The notes under the pieces are model-generated. The model was given only the letters and a program-made list of their open reading frames with translations, ran no database searches and had not been told where the DNA came from. The position numbers were made by a program, and so were the translations under genes. A stretch of DNA of 64,000 nt from Bacilli bacterium (lineage in GTDB: Bacteria > Bacillota_I > Bacilli_A > RFN20 > CAG-826): contig JAILEX010000073.1 in NCBI GenBank assembly GCA_024687185.1, forward strand, positions 41 through 64,040, read 5' to 3'. Of this stretch, positions 28,703-37,854 are shown piece after piece (position 1 is the first letter of the stretch; each line of letters opens with the position of its first letter).

Positions 28703-28720
28703 TACCTTTGTAACCTGGTG

Positions 28721-28742
28721 ACAAAATAAAGGGAATCCCTTT
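28721..28742 (-). terminator. Small terminator-like hairpin after the L-serine dehydratase gene
   Basis: On the - strand: AAAGGG-ATT-CCCTTT followed by ATTTTGT. The stem is short and the loop is 3 nt. Confidence 0.4.
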
Positions 28743-28776
28743 CGAAATCCCCTAGCGATACTCTTTATTCCTTTTT

Positions 28777-29961
28777 TTAGCAGATATTTAGCTTCGACAT
28801 GCCCTTGGTGGAGGTTTCCTTATAGCCTTGGTTCATGTCTAGCCCGGTTTGGTACATCGTCTCGACGATCTCATCGAAATGGACTTTGCTCTCGTCGGGG
28901 TTGGTGAAGGCGCTTAGCCTTGCGCAGTTGATGGCCTTGACGGCATAGATCGCGTTCCTTTCGATGCAGGGGATGAGGACATAGCCCCCGACGGGGTCGC
29001 AGGTCAACCCCAAAGAATGCTCAAGGGCGATTTCGGCGGCCTGGGCCACCGTCTTAATGGGTTTATCGAAACAATAGGAGATCATGGCGCTCGCCATTGA
29101 GGTGGCGCTGCCGATCTCGGCTTGGCAACCCCCTACGGCGCCTGAGACGGTCGCGTTGGTTTTGATGATCTTGCCGATTAGCCCCGCCACGCAAAGGCCT
29201 TTGACGATCTTCCTATCGTCGATCCCCCTTTTCCTTAGGTAGCAGATAACCCCTGGAATCACGCCGCAACTGCCGCAGGTGGGCGCGGTGGAGACGATTG
29301 CCCCGGCGGCGTTTTCCTCGGCCACGGCGATGGAGGTGGCCATCACCTCATATTCCGCGCTTTCCTCTTTGGACTTACTTTCCTCATATATCGCCTTCGC
29401 GCGTCTTTTTATCTTAAAGGAGGCGGGAAGGTAACCTTCCTTTTGCAGTCCTTCCCTTACGTTATTGTCCATCACGCGAAGCACCTCTTCCATATAGGGA
29501 AGGATATCCTTGCCTTCTTTTTCTATGACGTAGTCGCCTAGGTCGACTTTGTTATCGATGCAGTGCCTTAGGATGTCATGGAGGGTATGAAACGGATACA
29601 CGTCCTCGTTCTTTTTCCCTTTGCCTTCCTCCGTGAGGATACTTCCTCCGCCTATGGAGACAATGGTTTCCCTAACCGTTTTTTCACCGATGAAAAGGGT
29701 GAATTCCATCGTGTTGATATGGTCTTTGACCTCGTCTAGATTGGTCTTAACCTCACATGGGATATCCCCAAACACTTTTCTAATGATATCGTCCGTCCCA
29801 TGTCCCTTCCCCGTTAGGGCGAGGCTACCGAAAAGGGTGACTTCGGCCCTATCGATATGGGGGTATTTGCGCAAAAGGTATTCCACGGCCTTGCCTGGGG
29901 CGATGGTGTGGCTGCTACTAGGGCCATAGCCGGTGATGAAGATGTCGCGGATCGATTCCAT
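28777..29961 (-). CDS. L-serine ammonia-lyase (iron-sulfur dependent), single-chain form
   Basis: 394 aa. N-terminal GYGPSSSHT motif. Cys-containing alpha-domain motifs (TAPTCGSCGVIPG, GGCQAEIGSA). Confidence 0.8.
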   Translation of the reverse strand: MESIRDIFITGYGPSSSHTIAPGKAVEYLLRKYPHIDRAEVTLFGSLALTGKGHGTDDIIRKVFGDIPCEVKTNLDEVKDHINTMEFTLFIGEKTVRETIVSIGGGSILTEEGKGKKNEDVYPFHTLHDILRHCIDNKVDLGDYVIEKEGKDILPYMEEVLRVMDNNVREGLQKEGYLPASFKIKRRAKAIYEESKSKEESAEYEVMATSIAVAEENAAGAIVSTAPTCGSCGVIPGVICYLRKRGIDDRKIVKGLCVAGLIGKIIKTNATVSGAVGGCQAEIGSATSMASAMISYCFDKPIKTVAQAAEIALEHSLGLTCDPVGGYVLIPCIERNAIYAVKAINCARLSAFTNPDESKVHFDEIVETMYQTGLDMNQGYKETSTKGMSKLNIC

Positions 29962-30064
29962 GCTTGCAAAGATTTTATGGGTTTCCTTACCTAAAGGGAA
30001 GATATCCTTTTAATAAAAAGGAGCCCCCGACGGACCTCCCTGATATGGTTGATGGGGAACTCTA

Positions 30065-31012
30065 TTATTCCTTTTTCCCTTCGCTTTCCTTGGTTTTGAA
30101 GGGCAATTTGCTAACGACGAGGCAAACAAGGCAGGCGACTAGGGAAGAAAGGATCATGGCAAAGCTCACGTCGCTAAGGAAGTGGGCGCCGTTGACGATC
30201 CTGGCGAAGGCCATCGTGATGGCGAGGACATAGGCGAAGATGACCGAGCCGATGCGGATGGCTTTGTTGTCTTTCGTTTTCTTAAAGGAAGCGAATACCA
30301 GCGGCAAAACGATATAGGCGGTGACCCCACCCACATGGCCGCTAGGGAAGGACTTTAGGGCGTCGCTATTGCCGCCATTGTCTAGCTTATTGAAGAAGGA
30401 CCACTGCCACCAGGCGCGGAAATCATCGATCGAATAGGCGTTCTCGCTCCACACAAGGAAGCGGAACCTAGGACGTCCGGCGAGGAGTTTGAAGACCTCC
30501 AAAACGCCCTGAAAGACGGCGAAGCTAGCCAAGATGGCAAGGCCGTTTAGGATGATGCGGGGGCTATCCTCCCTATCGGCTAAGACATAGGCAACCGAAT
30601 ATAGGCCAAGGCAGAGGATGCCGCTTACCACCGCGGCGGCCCAATCGGGGATGGTATAGCCATAGCCCTCGGTCACGGTGCTGCCCTTAAGGTCTTTGAA
30701 CATGAAATAGAAGCAGATGGCCAAGGTGCCGACGCTAACGGCGGCCCCAAGGATATTGAGCCATACCTTGCCGCCTTTTCTTATTAACCCTTTGGCGAGG
30801 ATGCCTACCCCAACGGGGCCTAGGGCCGTGACGATGACCGAACCCCAGCTTTCGAAGAACATGCCATAGGGCGTGCCCTGGGTGGCCATATTGAGGGAGA
30901 GGTCCTTGTCGACGAAGCTACCGACGATCAGCCCGATTAGGCCAATGACCCAGAAGGGGATGAAGTAATAGAGCTTCATGCCCAAGAAACTCTTATTTAA
31001 GATGTTTTTCAT
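30065..31012 (-). CDS. PAP2-family membrane phosphatase
   Basis: 315 aa, polytopic. PAP2 motifs FPSGHVGG and RIVNGAHFLSDV. Confidence 0.8.
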   Translation of the reverse strand: MKNILNKSFLGMKLYYFIPFWVIGLIGLIVGSFVDKDLSLNMATQGTPYGMFFESWGSVIVTALGPVGVGILAKGLIRKGGKVWLNILGAAVSVGTLAICFYFMFKDLKGSTVTEGYGYTIPDWAAAVVSGILCLGLYSVAYVLADREDSPRIILNGLAILASFAVFQGVLEVFKLLAGRPRFRFLVWSENAYSIDDFRAWWQWSFFNKLDNGGNSDALKSFPSGHVGGVTAYIVLPLVFASFKKTKDNKAIRIGSVIFAYVLAITMAFARIVNGAHFLSDVSFAMILSSLVACLVCLVVSKLPFKTKESEGKKE

Positions 31013-31289
31013 TATGCACTCCTAATTTAGCGAAACAATTATGTCACTTTTGTTAGCGATAGGAAGGGCGAAAAGAGATATGGGCTATTAAAATCGACCT
31101 TTGTTCCCCCTTTGTCCCTATCTTTTTCTAAGCCCCATATCGCTTTATTTCATCCGATGGGGTTTTTAGGTAAAAAAGGGCGTAAGGGAAATAGGCCGAG
31201 TTTCCATTTCCAGGAAAACGCCACAAGGGAATGTAATCGCTTTCTTTCCTATATCTTTTATTCCATAAAACGAGTTTAATATTGCCGTT

Positions 31290-33059
31290 ATGCTTTTAGG
31301 GAAGATTCTGAGTAAGTATTACAAGAGGTATTGGTACCTGTTTCTTATAGGTGTTTTGACTTTGCTTGTGACCGACTATGTCCAGACCCTCATCCCAGAA
31401 AGCCTAGGCAACATCGTCGATTTGTTCCAGTCTGGCGAGTCAGACATCAAAGAACCCGTATTGAAGATCGTCTTGACCGTTGTGATCGTCGCCTTTGGCG
31501 TAGGCATCGGACGCGCCATATGGAGGATCGTTTTGTTTCAGGCTTCCTCCAGGATCGAAATGGGCATCCGCGACGAGATGTTCTCCAAATCCCAAAGGCT
31601 TTCCCAAAGCTATCTCCACCAAAACCCGGTCGGCAACATCCTTAACTGGTTTAGCACCGACATCGAGGAAATCACCGACTTCCTAGGTTGGGGCACGGTG
31701 ATGCTCGTCGACGCCTTCTTCATGAGCGCGATCGTCATCGTGAAGATGTATTTGGTCAACTGGCTCGTCGCCACGATCATCATCATCCCAATGCTACTAA
31801 TCGTCGCTTGGGGCGTCTTGGTGGAACGCATCATGTCAAGCATCTGGAACATGAGGCAAAAAAGCAACGACGAACTCTATGATTTCTCCCAGGAAAACAT
31901 CTCCGGCCTCCGCGTCATCAAGGCTTTCGTAAAGGAAAAGCAACAGCTCCGCGCCTTCTCCAAGGTCGCCCAAAAGAATAGGGAGATCAACGTTAAGTTC
32001 GCGCGTATATCCGTATTGTTCGACGTCTCGATCGAAGTCATCATCGGGGCCATCTTCTCCATCGCCCTTTGCCTAGGCGGCTATTTGGTATGGCGTGCCT
32101 TCGGCGGCGATCCCCTATGGGGCATCAATCTAAAATCCGGCGAACTCGTTTCGCTTATCGGCTATTTCTCCTCCCTTATTTGGCCTATGATCGCCCTTGG
32201 GCAAGTCATCGCCATGAGGAGTAGGGCCAAGACCTCCCTAAAGAGGATCACCACCTTCATCGAAAGCAAAGAGGACATCTACGATTGCGAAGACGCCGTC
32301 GAACTAAAGGACGTGAAGGGCCATATCGAGGTGAAGGACCTCACTTTCCGCTATAGCGATGGCAACCGCGATGTCCTTAGCCACGTCTCCTTCGAGGTAA
32401 AAGAAGGCGAGACCATCGGCGTTGTTGGCAAGATCGGAAGCGGCAAATCCACCTTATCCGTATTATTCGGACGCGTGCATAATGTGCCCGAGGGCTCCAT
32501 CTTCATCGATGGGGTCGATATCATGAAGGCCACCCTCCACTCCCTCCGCTCCAATATCGCCTACGTCCCCCAGGATAACTTCCTTTTCTCCGACGAAGTC
32601 GGCAATAACATCGGCTTCTGCAAGGAGGACGCGACGGAGCAGGAAATAGAGGAAGCGGCCAGATTCGCCTGCATCGACGGCGACATCAAGGGCTTTGCCG
32701 ACGGCTACCATACCCTCAACGGGGAAAGGGGCGTATCCCTATCCGGTGGCCAAAAGCAAAGGATTTCGATCGCTCGCGCCTATTTGAAGGACGCGCCGAT
32801 CTTGGTGATGGATGACTCCGTCAGCGCGGTCGACGTCAAAACGGAGGAGGAAATCCTCAATAGCATCAAGGAGAAACGCAAGGGTAGGACCACGATTTTG
32901 ATCGCCTCCAGGGTTTCCACCGTTTCTTCTTTAGACAAGATCCTCGTGTTAAAGCGCGGGGTCGTGGAGGCATTTGGCAGCCATGAGGAACTTCTAAAGG
33001 TCTCTCCGACCTATCAGAAGATGGTCATGCTGCAGGAACTAGAAGGGGAGGCAAGCTGA
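31290..33059 (+). CDS. ABC exporter, fused permease/ATPase, subunit 1 of a heterodimeric pair
   Basis: 589 aa. Six-helix TMD followed by an NBD: Walker A GKIGSGKST, signature LSGGQKQRISIARA, Walker B LVMDDSVSAVD. Confidence 0.85.
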   Translation: MLLGKILSKYYKRYWYLFLIGVLTLLVTDYVQTLIPESLGNIVDLFQSGESDIKEPVLKIVLTVVIVAFGVGIGRAIWRIVLFQASSRIEMGIRDEMFSKSQRLSQSYLHQNPVGNILNWFSTDIEEITDFLGWGTVMLVDAFFMSAIVIVKMYLVNWLVATIIIIPMLLIVAWGVLVERIMSSIWNMRQKSNDELYDFSQENISGLRVIKAFVKEKQQLRAFSKVAQKNREINVKFARISVLFDVSIEVIIGAIFSIALCLGGYLVWRAFGGDPLWGINLKSGELVSLIGYFSSLIWPMIALGQVIAMRSRAKTSLKRITTFIESKEDIYDCEDAVELKDVKGHIEVKDLTFRYSDGNRDVLSHVSFEVKEGETIGVVGKIGSGKSTLSVLFGRVHNVPEGSIFIDGVDIMKATLHSLRSNIAYVPQDNFLFSDEVGNNIGFCKEDATEQEIEEAARFACIDGDIKGFADGYHTLNGERGVSLSGGQKQRISIARAYLKDAPILVMDDSVSAVDVKTEEEILNSIKEKRKGRTTILIASRVSTVSSLDKILVLKRGVVEAFGSHEELLKVSPTYQKMVMLQELEGEAS

Positions 33060-33060
33060 T

Positions 33061-34839
33061 ATGGCGATGGATGATACCCGCGATAGGCTATATGGCGATA
33101 AGAAACTTTCCCTTTGGGTCATCGCCAAGAGGACCTTCGCCTATTTGAAGGGCGAGATGGTCTATTTCATCGCGGCCATTTTGCTTCTTGCCCTTAGCGT
33201 TGGGGCGAATATGCTCCTCCCCATCGTCTTAAAGGAATTCACCAACGACCTTAACCTAAAGGTCAGCGGCGTGAGCTTTGAGACGCTTCTAATCCTGGGT
33301 TTGAGCTACCTAGGCCTAACCGTCATCAACCAGTTCCTGCTCTATTGCGAGAGCATGCTGTTACAAAAGGCGGGCCAAAAGATCATCTATAGGCTCCGCA
33401 ACGACGTCTTCGAACACGTCGAGGAGATGTCGCTAAACCAGCTCAACATGATGCCGGTTGGCTCCCTTGTCACCCGCGTTGCCTTCTATACGGCGAATAT
33501 GAGCGACCTATTCACCAATACGCTCGTCTCCATTTTAAGGAACATTCTGACGATCGCGGGCGTAACCGTGGTCATGTTCATCCTCTCGCCCCTTCTCTCC
33601 CTTATCATGATGATCTTCCTTGCGATCGTCTTCGTCGCGAGTTTCTTCTTCTCTAGATACGTCAAGGAGATCTTCCGTCAGGAAAGGCAGAAGCAAAGCG
33701 AATTCAACACCTTCCTCAACGAGAACCTCTCTGGCATGAAGATCGTCCAGCTTTTCGTCCAGGAAAACCGCAAAAAGAAGGAATTCGACGCCAAAAACCA
33801 GGAATTAAGGAAACTAAGGATGAAGGTCGTCACGGCCTTTGCCTTCTACCGCCCCTTCGTTTCTTTCCTCTATTATGCGGCCATCGCGGTCACCTTCTTC
33901 TTCGCCCTCCAGTTCGAACTTAGCGCGGGCGACGTCGTCGCGTTCTATCTCTTACTTAGCAATTTCTTCTCCCCAATCGAAGCCCTTGCTGACTCTTTGA
34001 ATAACCTCCAAAGGGCGCAGGCTAGCAGCGAGAAGCTCTATAGTTTGCTTGACGTCAAGCCCGATATCGTCGACCTTCCCGAGGCCAAGCAAATCGATAA
34101 ATTCGAAGGCGAGATCGAATTCCGCAACGTCTGGTTCGCCTATAAAAACGAGGAATGGATCCTCAAGGACGTCTCCTTCACGGTGAAACCCGGCGAGACG
34201 GTGGCCTTTGTTGGGGCGACTGGCGCAGGCAAGACAACGATCCTTTCCCTCATCTCCAGGAACTATGTGCCACAAAAGGGCGACATCTTCATCGATGGGG
34301 TCAACATCAAGGAGATCCAGATCAAGAGTTTGCGCAAAGCCCTAGGGCAAATGCTTCAGGACGTCTTCCTCTTCTCCGGCACCATCAAAGACAACATCAC
34401 CCTCTATGATAGCGAGACCTATACCGACGAGGAGGTCATGGAAGTCTGCCGCTATGTCAACGCGGATAGCTTCATCGATACCTTAGACGATGGGCTAAAT
34501 AGCAAGGTCATCGAAAAAGGCGAAAACTTCTCGAGCGGACAACGTCAATTATTGTCCTTTGCCAGAACCGTTTTGGCCAAGCCCCAAATCCTAATCCTCG
34601 ATGAGGCCACGGCCAACATCGACACCGAGACCGAGGTTTTGATCCAAGACTCGCTTAAGAAGATGAGGAACATCGGCACGATGCTTGTCGTCGCCCATAG
34701 GCTATCGACGATCCAACACGCCAACAACATCATCGTCTTGCAGCAAGGCCGCATCATCGAACAGGGCACCCATCAGCAACTGCTCCATCAAAAGGGTTAC
34801 TACTATAAGCTATACCAGGTTCAGTTCGAGCAGCTTTGA
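33061..34839 (+). CDS. ABC exporter, fused permease/ATPase, subunit 2
   Basis: 592 aa. Starts 1 nt after the partner's stop. Walker A GATGAGKTT, signature FSSGQRQLLSFART, Walker B LILDEATANID. Confidence 0.85.
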   Translation: MAMDDTRDRLYGDKKLSLWVIAKRTFAYLKGEMVYFIAAILLLALSVGANMLLPIVLKEFTNDLNLKVSGVSFETLLILGLSYLGLTVINQFLLYCESMLLQKAGQKIIYRLRNDVFEHVEEMSLNQLNMMPVGSLVTRVAFYTANMSDLFTNTLVSILRNILTIAGVTVVMFILSPLLSLIMMIFLAIVFVASFFFSRYVKEIFRQERQKQSEFNTFLNENLSGMKIVQLFVQENRKKKEFDAKNQELRKLRMKVVTAFAFYRPFVSFLYYAAIAVTFFFALQFELSAGDVVAFYLLLSNFFSPIEALADSLNNLQRAQASSEKLYSLLDVKPDIVDLPEAKQIDKFEGEIEFRNVWFAYKNEEWILKDVSFTVKPGETVAFVGATGAGKTTILSLISRNYVPQKGDIFIDGVNIKEIQIKSLRKALGQMLQDVFLFSGTIKDNITLYDSETYTDEEVMEVCRYVNADSFIDTLDDGLNSKVIEKGENFSSGQRQLLSFARTVLAKPQILILDEATANIDTETEVLIQDSLKKMRNIGTMLVVAHRLSTIQHANNIIVLQQGRIIEQGTHQQLLHQKGYYYKLYQVQFEQL

Positions 34840-34856
34840 TTCCTAAGCGACACCAA

Positions 34857-34886
34857 GGGTCGAGAAATCGGCCCTTTTTTGTTTTT
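34857..34886 (+). terminator. Terminator of the ABC exporter operon
   Basis: Stem GGGTCGA/TCGGCCC (one G-U pair), GAAA loop, then TTTTTTGTTTTT. Confidence 0.65.
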
Positions 34887-35002
34887 AAGCGGCTTTTTGC
34901 GGGGAATTTAAGATTCTATCGATTTCCTTTCTGAACGCTTTTTATGGCCTTTCCATTGATGGTTTACCATAAGGGAAGGATTACCAAAACAGGGGGGTGT
35001 AA

Positions 35003-35044
35003 GAGAAAAAAGAAAAGGCGATTGCCCGTTGGAGGTAACCGCCT
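35003..35044 (-). terminator. Terminator of the lipoprotein gene
   Basis: On the - strand: 8-bp stem AGGCGGTT/AATCGCCT (one G-U pair), followed by TTTCTTTTTTC. Confidence 0.55.
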
Positions 35045-35074
35045 AAATAGGTTTTTCCTAATCGCTTATTCGGC

Positions 35075-35896
35075 TTATTCCGCGTCTCTTTGGGTGAACT
35101 TGGAGAGGTCGGGTTTGCTATTGTCGCAGGTGCCCCAGTTGAAGGTCTCTTCGCTGCTTATATTAAAACTGACGGCAGATTCACCTTCGCCATTGCTGAA
35201 GGAGGAGCTGGTCTTGATGCTCTTGGGTAGATATTTGTCAATGGAAGCGGTGAGGGTCATGGACAAGGAAGTGGTGGTCTTGGTGGTAACGCCCAATGCG
35301 CTTAATTCGAGGGTGCCTTTGAATTCGTAGGAGATATCCATGGTGAGGTTGCCATCGCCAGTGGAAGTGTAGTTTTCTTTGAATTCATTCTTCTCGATGG
35401 TATAGCCAGGGATGGAGGTGCTGGCGGAAGCTTCCTGGGATTCGACGGTTTCGACGGCGGAGCTTAAGGATTCGGATAGGCCTTTGAACAATTCGGCGAG
35501 GTCGAGTTCGCTGGTGTATTCCTTGATCATTTCCTCGGCACCGCTTTTTTCGATGTAGGCGTAGGTGCCGGTGGTTCCGTCGGTGGAGACGGCGGAAACG
35601 TATTTGTCGCCATCGGCATAGACCCAGGCATAATTCTTTTCTTCGGTGGTGTTGATGACGCTCCTTAGGTAGGTATTATCGAGGTCATAGGCCAGTTCGA
35701 TGGTACCCTTTTCTTCGCTACCGGACATGGTGGAGGTCATGGTGCATTTGGTGGGGGAGGTGAATTCTTCACTCTCGACGTACTTGGCGGACTTGGCGAG
35801 GTTTTCACTGGCCTGTTCGCGGGTGATGGTGGATCCTCCGCACGAAGCTAGAACGGTTCCGGCGGCGACCAAAAGGATGAGGTTGGTCTTTTTCAT
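35075..35896 (-). CDS. Lipoprotein of unknown function
   Basis: 273 aa. Signal peptide plus lipobox TVLASCGG. Ser/Thr/Glu-rich mature part with no recognisable catalytic motif. Confidence 0.6.
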   Translation of the reverse strand: MKKTNLILLVAAGTVLASCGGSTITREQASENLAKSAKYVESEEFTSPTKCTMTSTMSGSEEKGTIELAYDLDNTYLRSVINTTEEKNYAWVYADGDKYVSAVSTDGTTGTYAYIEKSGAEEMIKEYTSELDLAELFKGLSESLSSAVETVESQEASASTSIPGYTIEKNEFKENYTSTGDGNLTMDISYEFKGTLELSALGVTTKTTTSLSMTLTASIDKYLPKSIKTSSSFSNGEGESAVSFNISSEETFNWGTCDNSKPDLSKFTQRDAE

Positions 35897-36087
35897 TTTC
35901 TTTTTTCCTTCTTTTTTCTAACGGGTCTTCTTTATAGAAGCCTTGGGAATTATAGTACTTTTTATAAAAATGTTAAATTTTATAACACTCTCTTTATGAT
36001 GATTCCAAAAAGATTCGATTTTACCGTCACCTGCAGATAATTAGCCTTTTCCTTTCCAAAGCATCTTTTTGAGGGGATAATCCCCTT

Positions 36088-36519
36088 ATGAAGAAAAACC
36101 TGCTCGCGCTTGATTTAGGAAAGGGATCGCTAGGAATGGCGTTATCGCGTTCTGGGGAATTCATTTCGCCCCTTAACGAAGTTAGATTCCCAGCCGGGCA
36201 TTACGAATATGGCATTAACGCAATCCGCGACCTTTTGATGATCGAAAGGGTAGAGACCTTCGTCCTTGGTTTGCCCTTATTTCCTAGCGGAGACGATTGT
36301 GAGATGACCCCGATCGTCAATTCCTTCGCCAATAGGCTCAACGAGACCTTCCCCAATATCGAACTCGTTTTCCAAGACGAAAGGAACACCACCGTTGAGG
36401 CCAGCGCCTTGCTCCACGAATCGGGGAAGAAGGCAAAGAAACAGAAGAAATCGATCGATTCCATCGCCGCGGCCGTTATCCTAAGACGCTATTTGGTCTC
36501 GATTGGCCAAATGGATTAG
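36088..36519 (+). CDS. ruvX: Holliday junction resolvase-like protein RuvX (YqgF)
   Basis: 143 aa. N-terminus LLALDLGKGSLGMALS, LGLPLFPSGD, and C-terminal IDSIAAAVILRRYL. Ends with TAG. Confidence 0.85.
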   Translation: MKKNLLALDLGKGSLGMALSRSGEFISPLNEVRFPAGHYEYGINAIRDLLMIERVETFVLGLPLFPSGDDCEMTPIVNSFANRLNETFPNIELVFQDERNTTVEASALLHESGKKAKKQKKSIDSIAAAVILRRYLVSIGQMD

Positions 36520-36527
36520 ACTAGACT

Positions 36528-36559
36528 ATTTTTTCTTTTGGATTAAGGTAATCGCTTAG
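36528..36559 (+). repeat. Direct repeat copy L (left flank of the integrase gene)
   Basis: ATTTTTTCTTTTGGATTAAGGTAATCGCTTAG starts 9 nt after the ruvX stop. Its three blocks recur in the same order at 37764-37825. Confidence 0.6.
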
Positions 36560-36616
36560 CCTTGCCCCGACTTGATCGAAAAAGCTGGAAAGGGATGTAG
36601 GGCGGGCGTTTTTATT

Positions 36617-37753
36617 ATGCAAAAAGAAAATAACCCCAAGGTCTCTGGAATCAAATTAAAGGAAGATGGAACCTATTGCATCGACTGCGTCAAATTGCTG
36701 GAAGGGAAGAGGGCGCATATATATTCCTCTGGGTTTTCTAGCCTAGAGGAAGCTATGGAAGCCTTACCGATATTGGTGAAGAAAAAGGTCGAGGCATACG
36801 AGGAAAAACAGTACAAAAACATGACTTTTGCAGTGTTTTTCAAGAAATTCGACGATTATAGATTGCTTCATGTCAGGCTTTCTTCGGTTCAATTTTCTAG
36901 AAGCGTCGTGAATACCTATTGCCAAGGCTGGATGGAAATGGAGGCAAGGAAATGCTTTTCCTATAAGCAGATGGAAACCCTATATTCTTCCTTTCTTCGC
37001 CATCAGGGCGTGCCAAGTTGGAAAAACCGCTGCTTTGGCGTTTTTAGGCAAATGGCGGAGATGGCCTTCAAGTGGAGGATCATCGATTCCTCTTCCTACC
37101 AAGATGCCATGACGATATTCGAAAACATCCCCGAGAATAGGGGCGCAAAGAAGGAAAAGGACATATGGAATAAGAAGGAGAGGGAGCGGTTCTTCTCTTG
37201 CATCGAGGATGAGACCGATTTGGTCATCTTTTCCCTTCTTTCGACTTTGGGTCTGCGCATTGGCGAATTTTCTGGCCTTACATGGGATTGCTATGACGAG
37301 AAAAAGGGCGCGATGGAGATAAAGCAGCAGCTCATCTATGAGCAAAAGGGCAGGCGGATCTTGACGGGCCAGCTTAAGACGAGGGAGAGCTACCGCGTTT
37401 GTATCCTTCCCTCCAAGATGAACCAGATGCTAAGGGAATATAAGAAGAAGACCGAGGGCAAAGGCTTTATCTTCGCCTCGGACAGATCGGGGAATGACCC
37501 TTTGTCCAAATCCAGTCTTAGGAGGAAGTTATATTTTTATATAGAAAAGGCGGGCGTGAGAAAGATAACGCCCCATTCCTTCCGCCATGCCAAGGCAACG
37601 GCGTTAATGAAGGTATGCAAGAACATGCAGGAAGTAAAGGCCGCGGCCAGGTATCTAGGCCATAGCGCCACCATGATGATCGATACCTATGGGCATTCCG
37701 AGATGAGCGCGACGGAAGCGGTATTAAGAAGATTGGAAAAGGAAGAGGCCTAA
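36617..37753 (+). CDS. Tyrosine-type site-specific recombinase/integrase (phage integrase family)
   Basis: C-terminal catalytic motifs: LGLRIGEFSGLTW (Arg), ITPHSFRHAKAT (H-x-x-R) and LGHSATMMIDTYGH (His/Tyr). N-terminal small beta-rich arm-binding-like segment (GIKLKEDGTYCIDCVKLLEGKRAHIYSSGFSSLEEA). ATG 36617 is preferred over the upstream TTG at 36572, but the start is uncertain because no clear SD is present. Confidence 0.85.
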   Translation: MQKENNPKVSGIKLKEDGTYCIDCVKLLEGKRAHIYSSGFSSLEEAMEALPILVKKKVEAYEEKQYKNMTFAVFFKKFDDYRLLHVRLSSVQFSRSVVNTYCQGWMEMEARKCFSYKQMETLYSSFLRHQGVPSWKNRCFGVFRQMAEMAFKWRIIDSSSYQDAMTIFENIPENRGAKKEKDIWNKKERERFFSCIEDETDLVIFSLLSTLGLRIGEFSGLTWDCYDEKKGAMEIKQQLIYEQKGRRILTGQLKTRESYRVCILPSKMNQMLREYKKKTEGKGFIFASDRSGNDPLSKSSLRRKLYFYIEKAGVRKITPHSFRHAKATALMKVCKNMQEVKAAARYLGHSATMMIDTYGHSEMSATEAVLRRLEKEEA

Positions 37754-37763
37754 TCCATAACCA

Positions 37764-37825
37764 ATTTTTTCTTTTTGATAAATTTCGTTTAACGCATTTA
37801 GGTAATCTTTAATTTGACCGCTTAG
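37764..37825 (+). repeat. Direct repeat copy M (right flank of the integrase gene)
   Basis: ATTTTTTCTTTTTGAT matches copy L at 15/16. It is followed by an 18-nt insert, then TTAGGTAATC, an 11-nt insert, and CGCTTAG. Starts 10 nt after the integrase stop. Confidence 0.6.
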
Positions 37826-37854
37826 GATAATGGCGACCAAAAGGAGGATTCACC

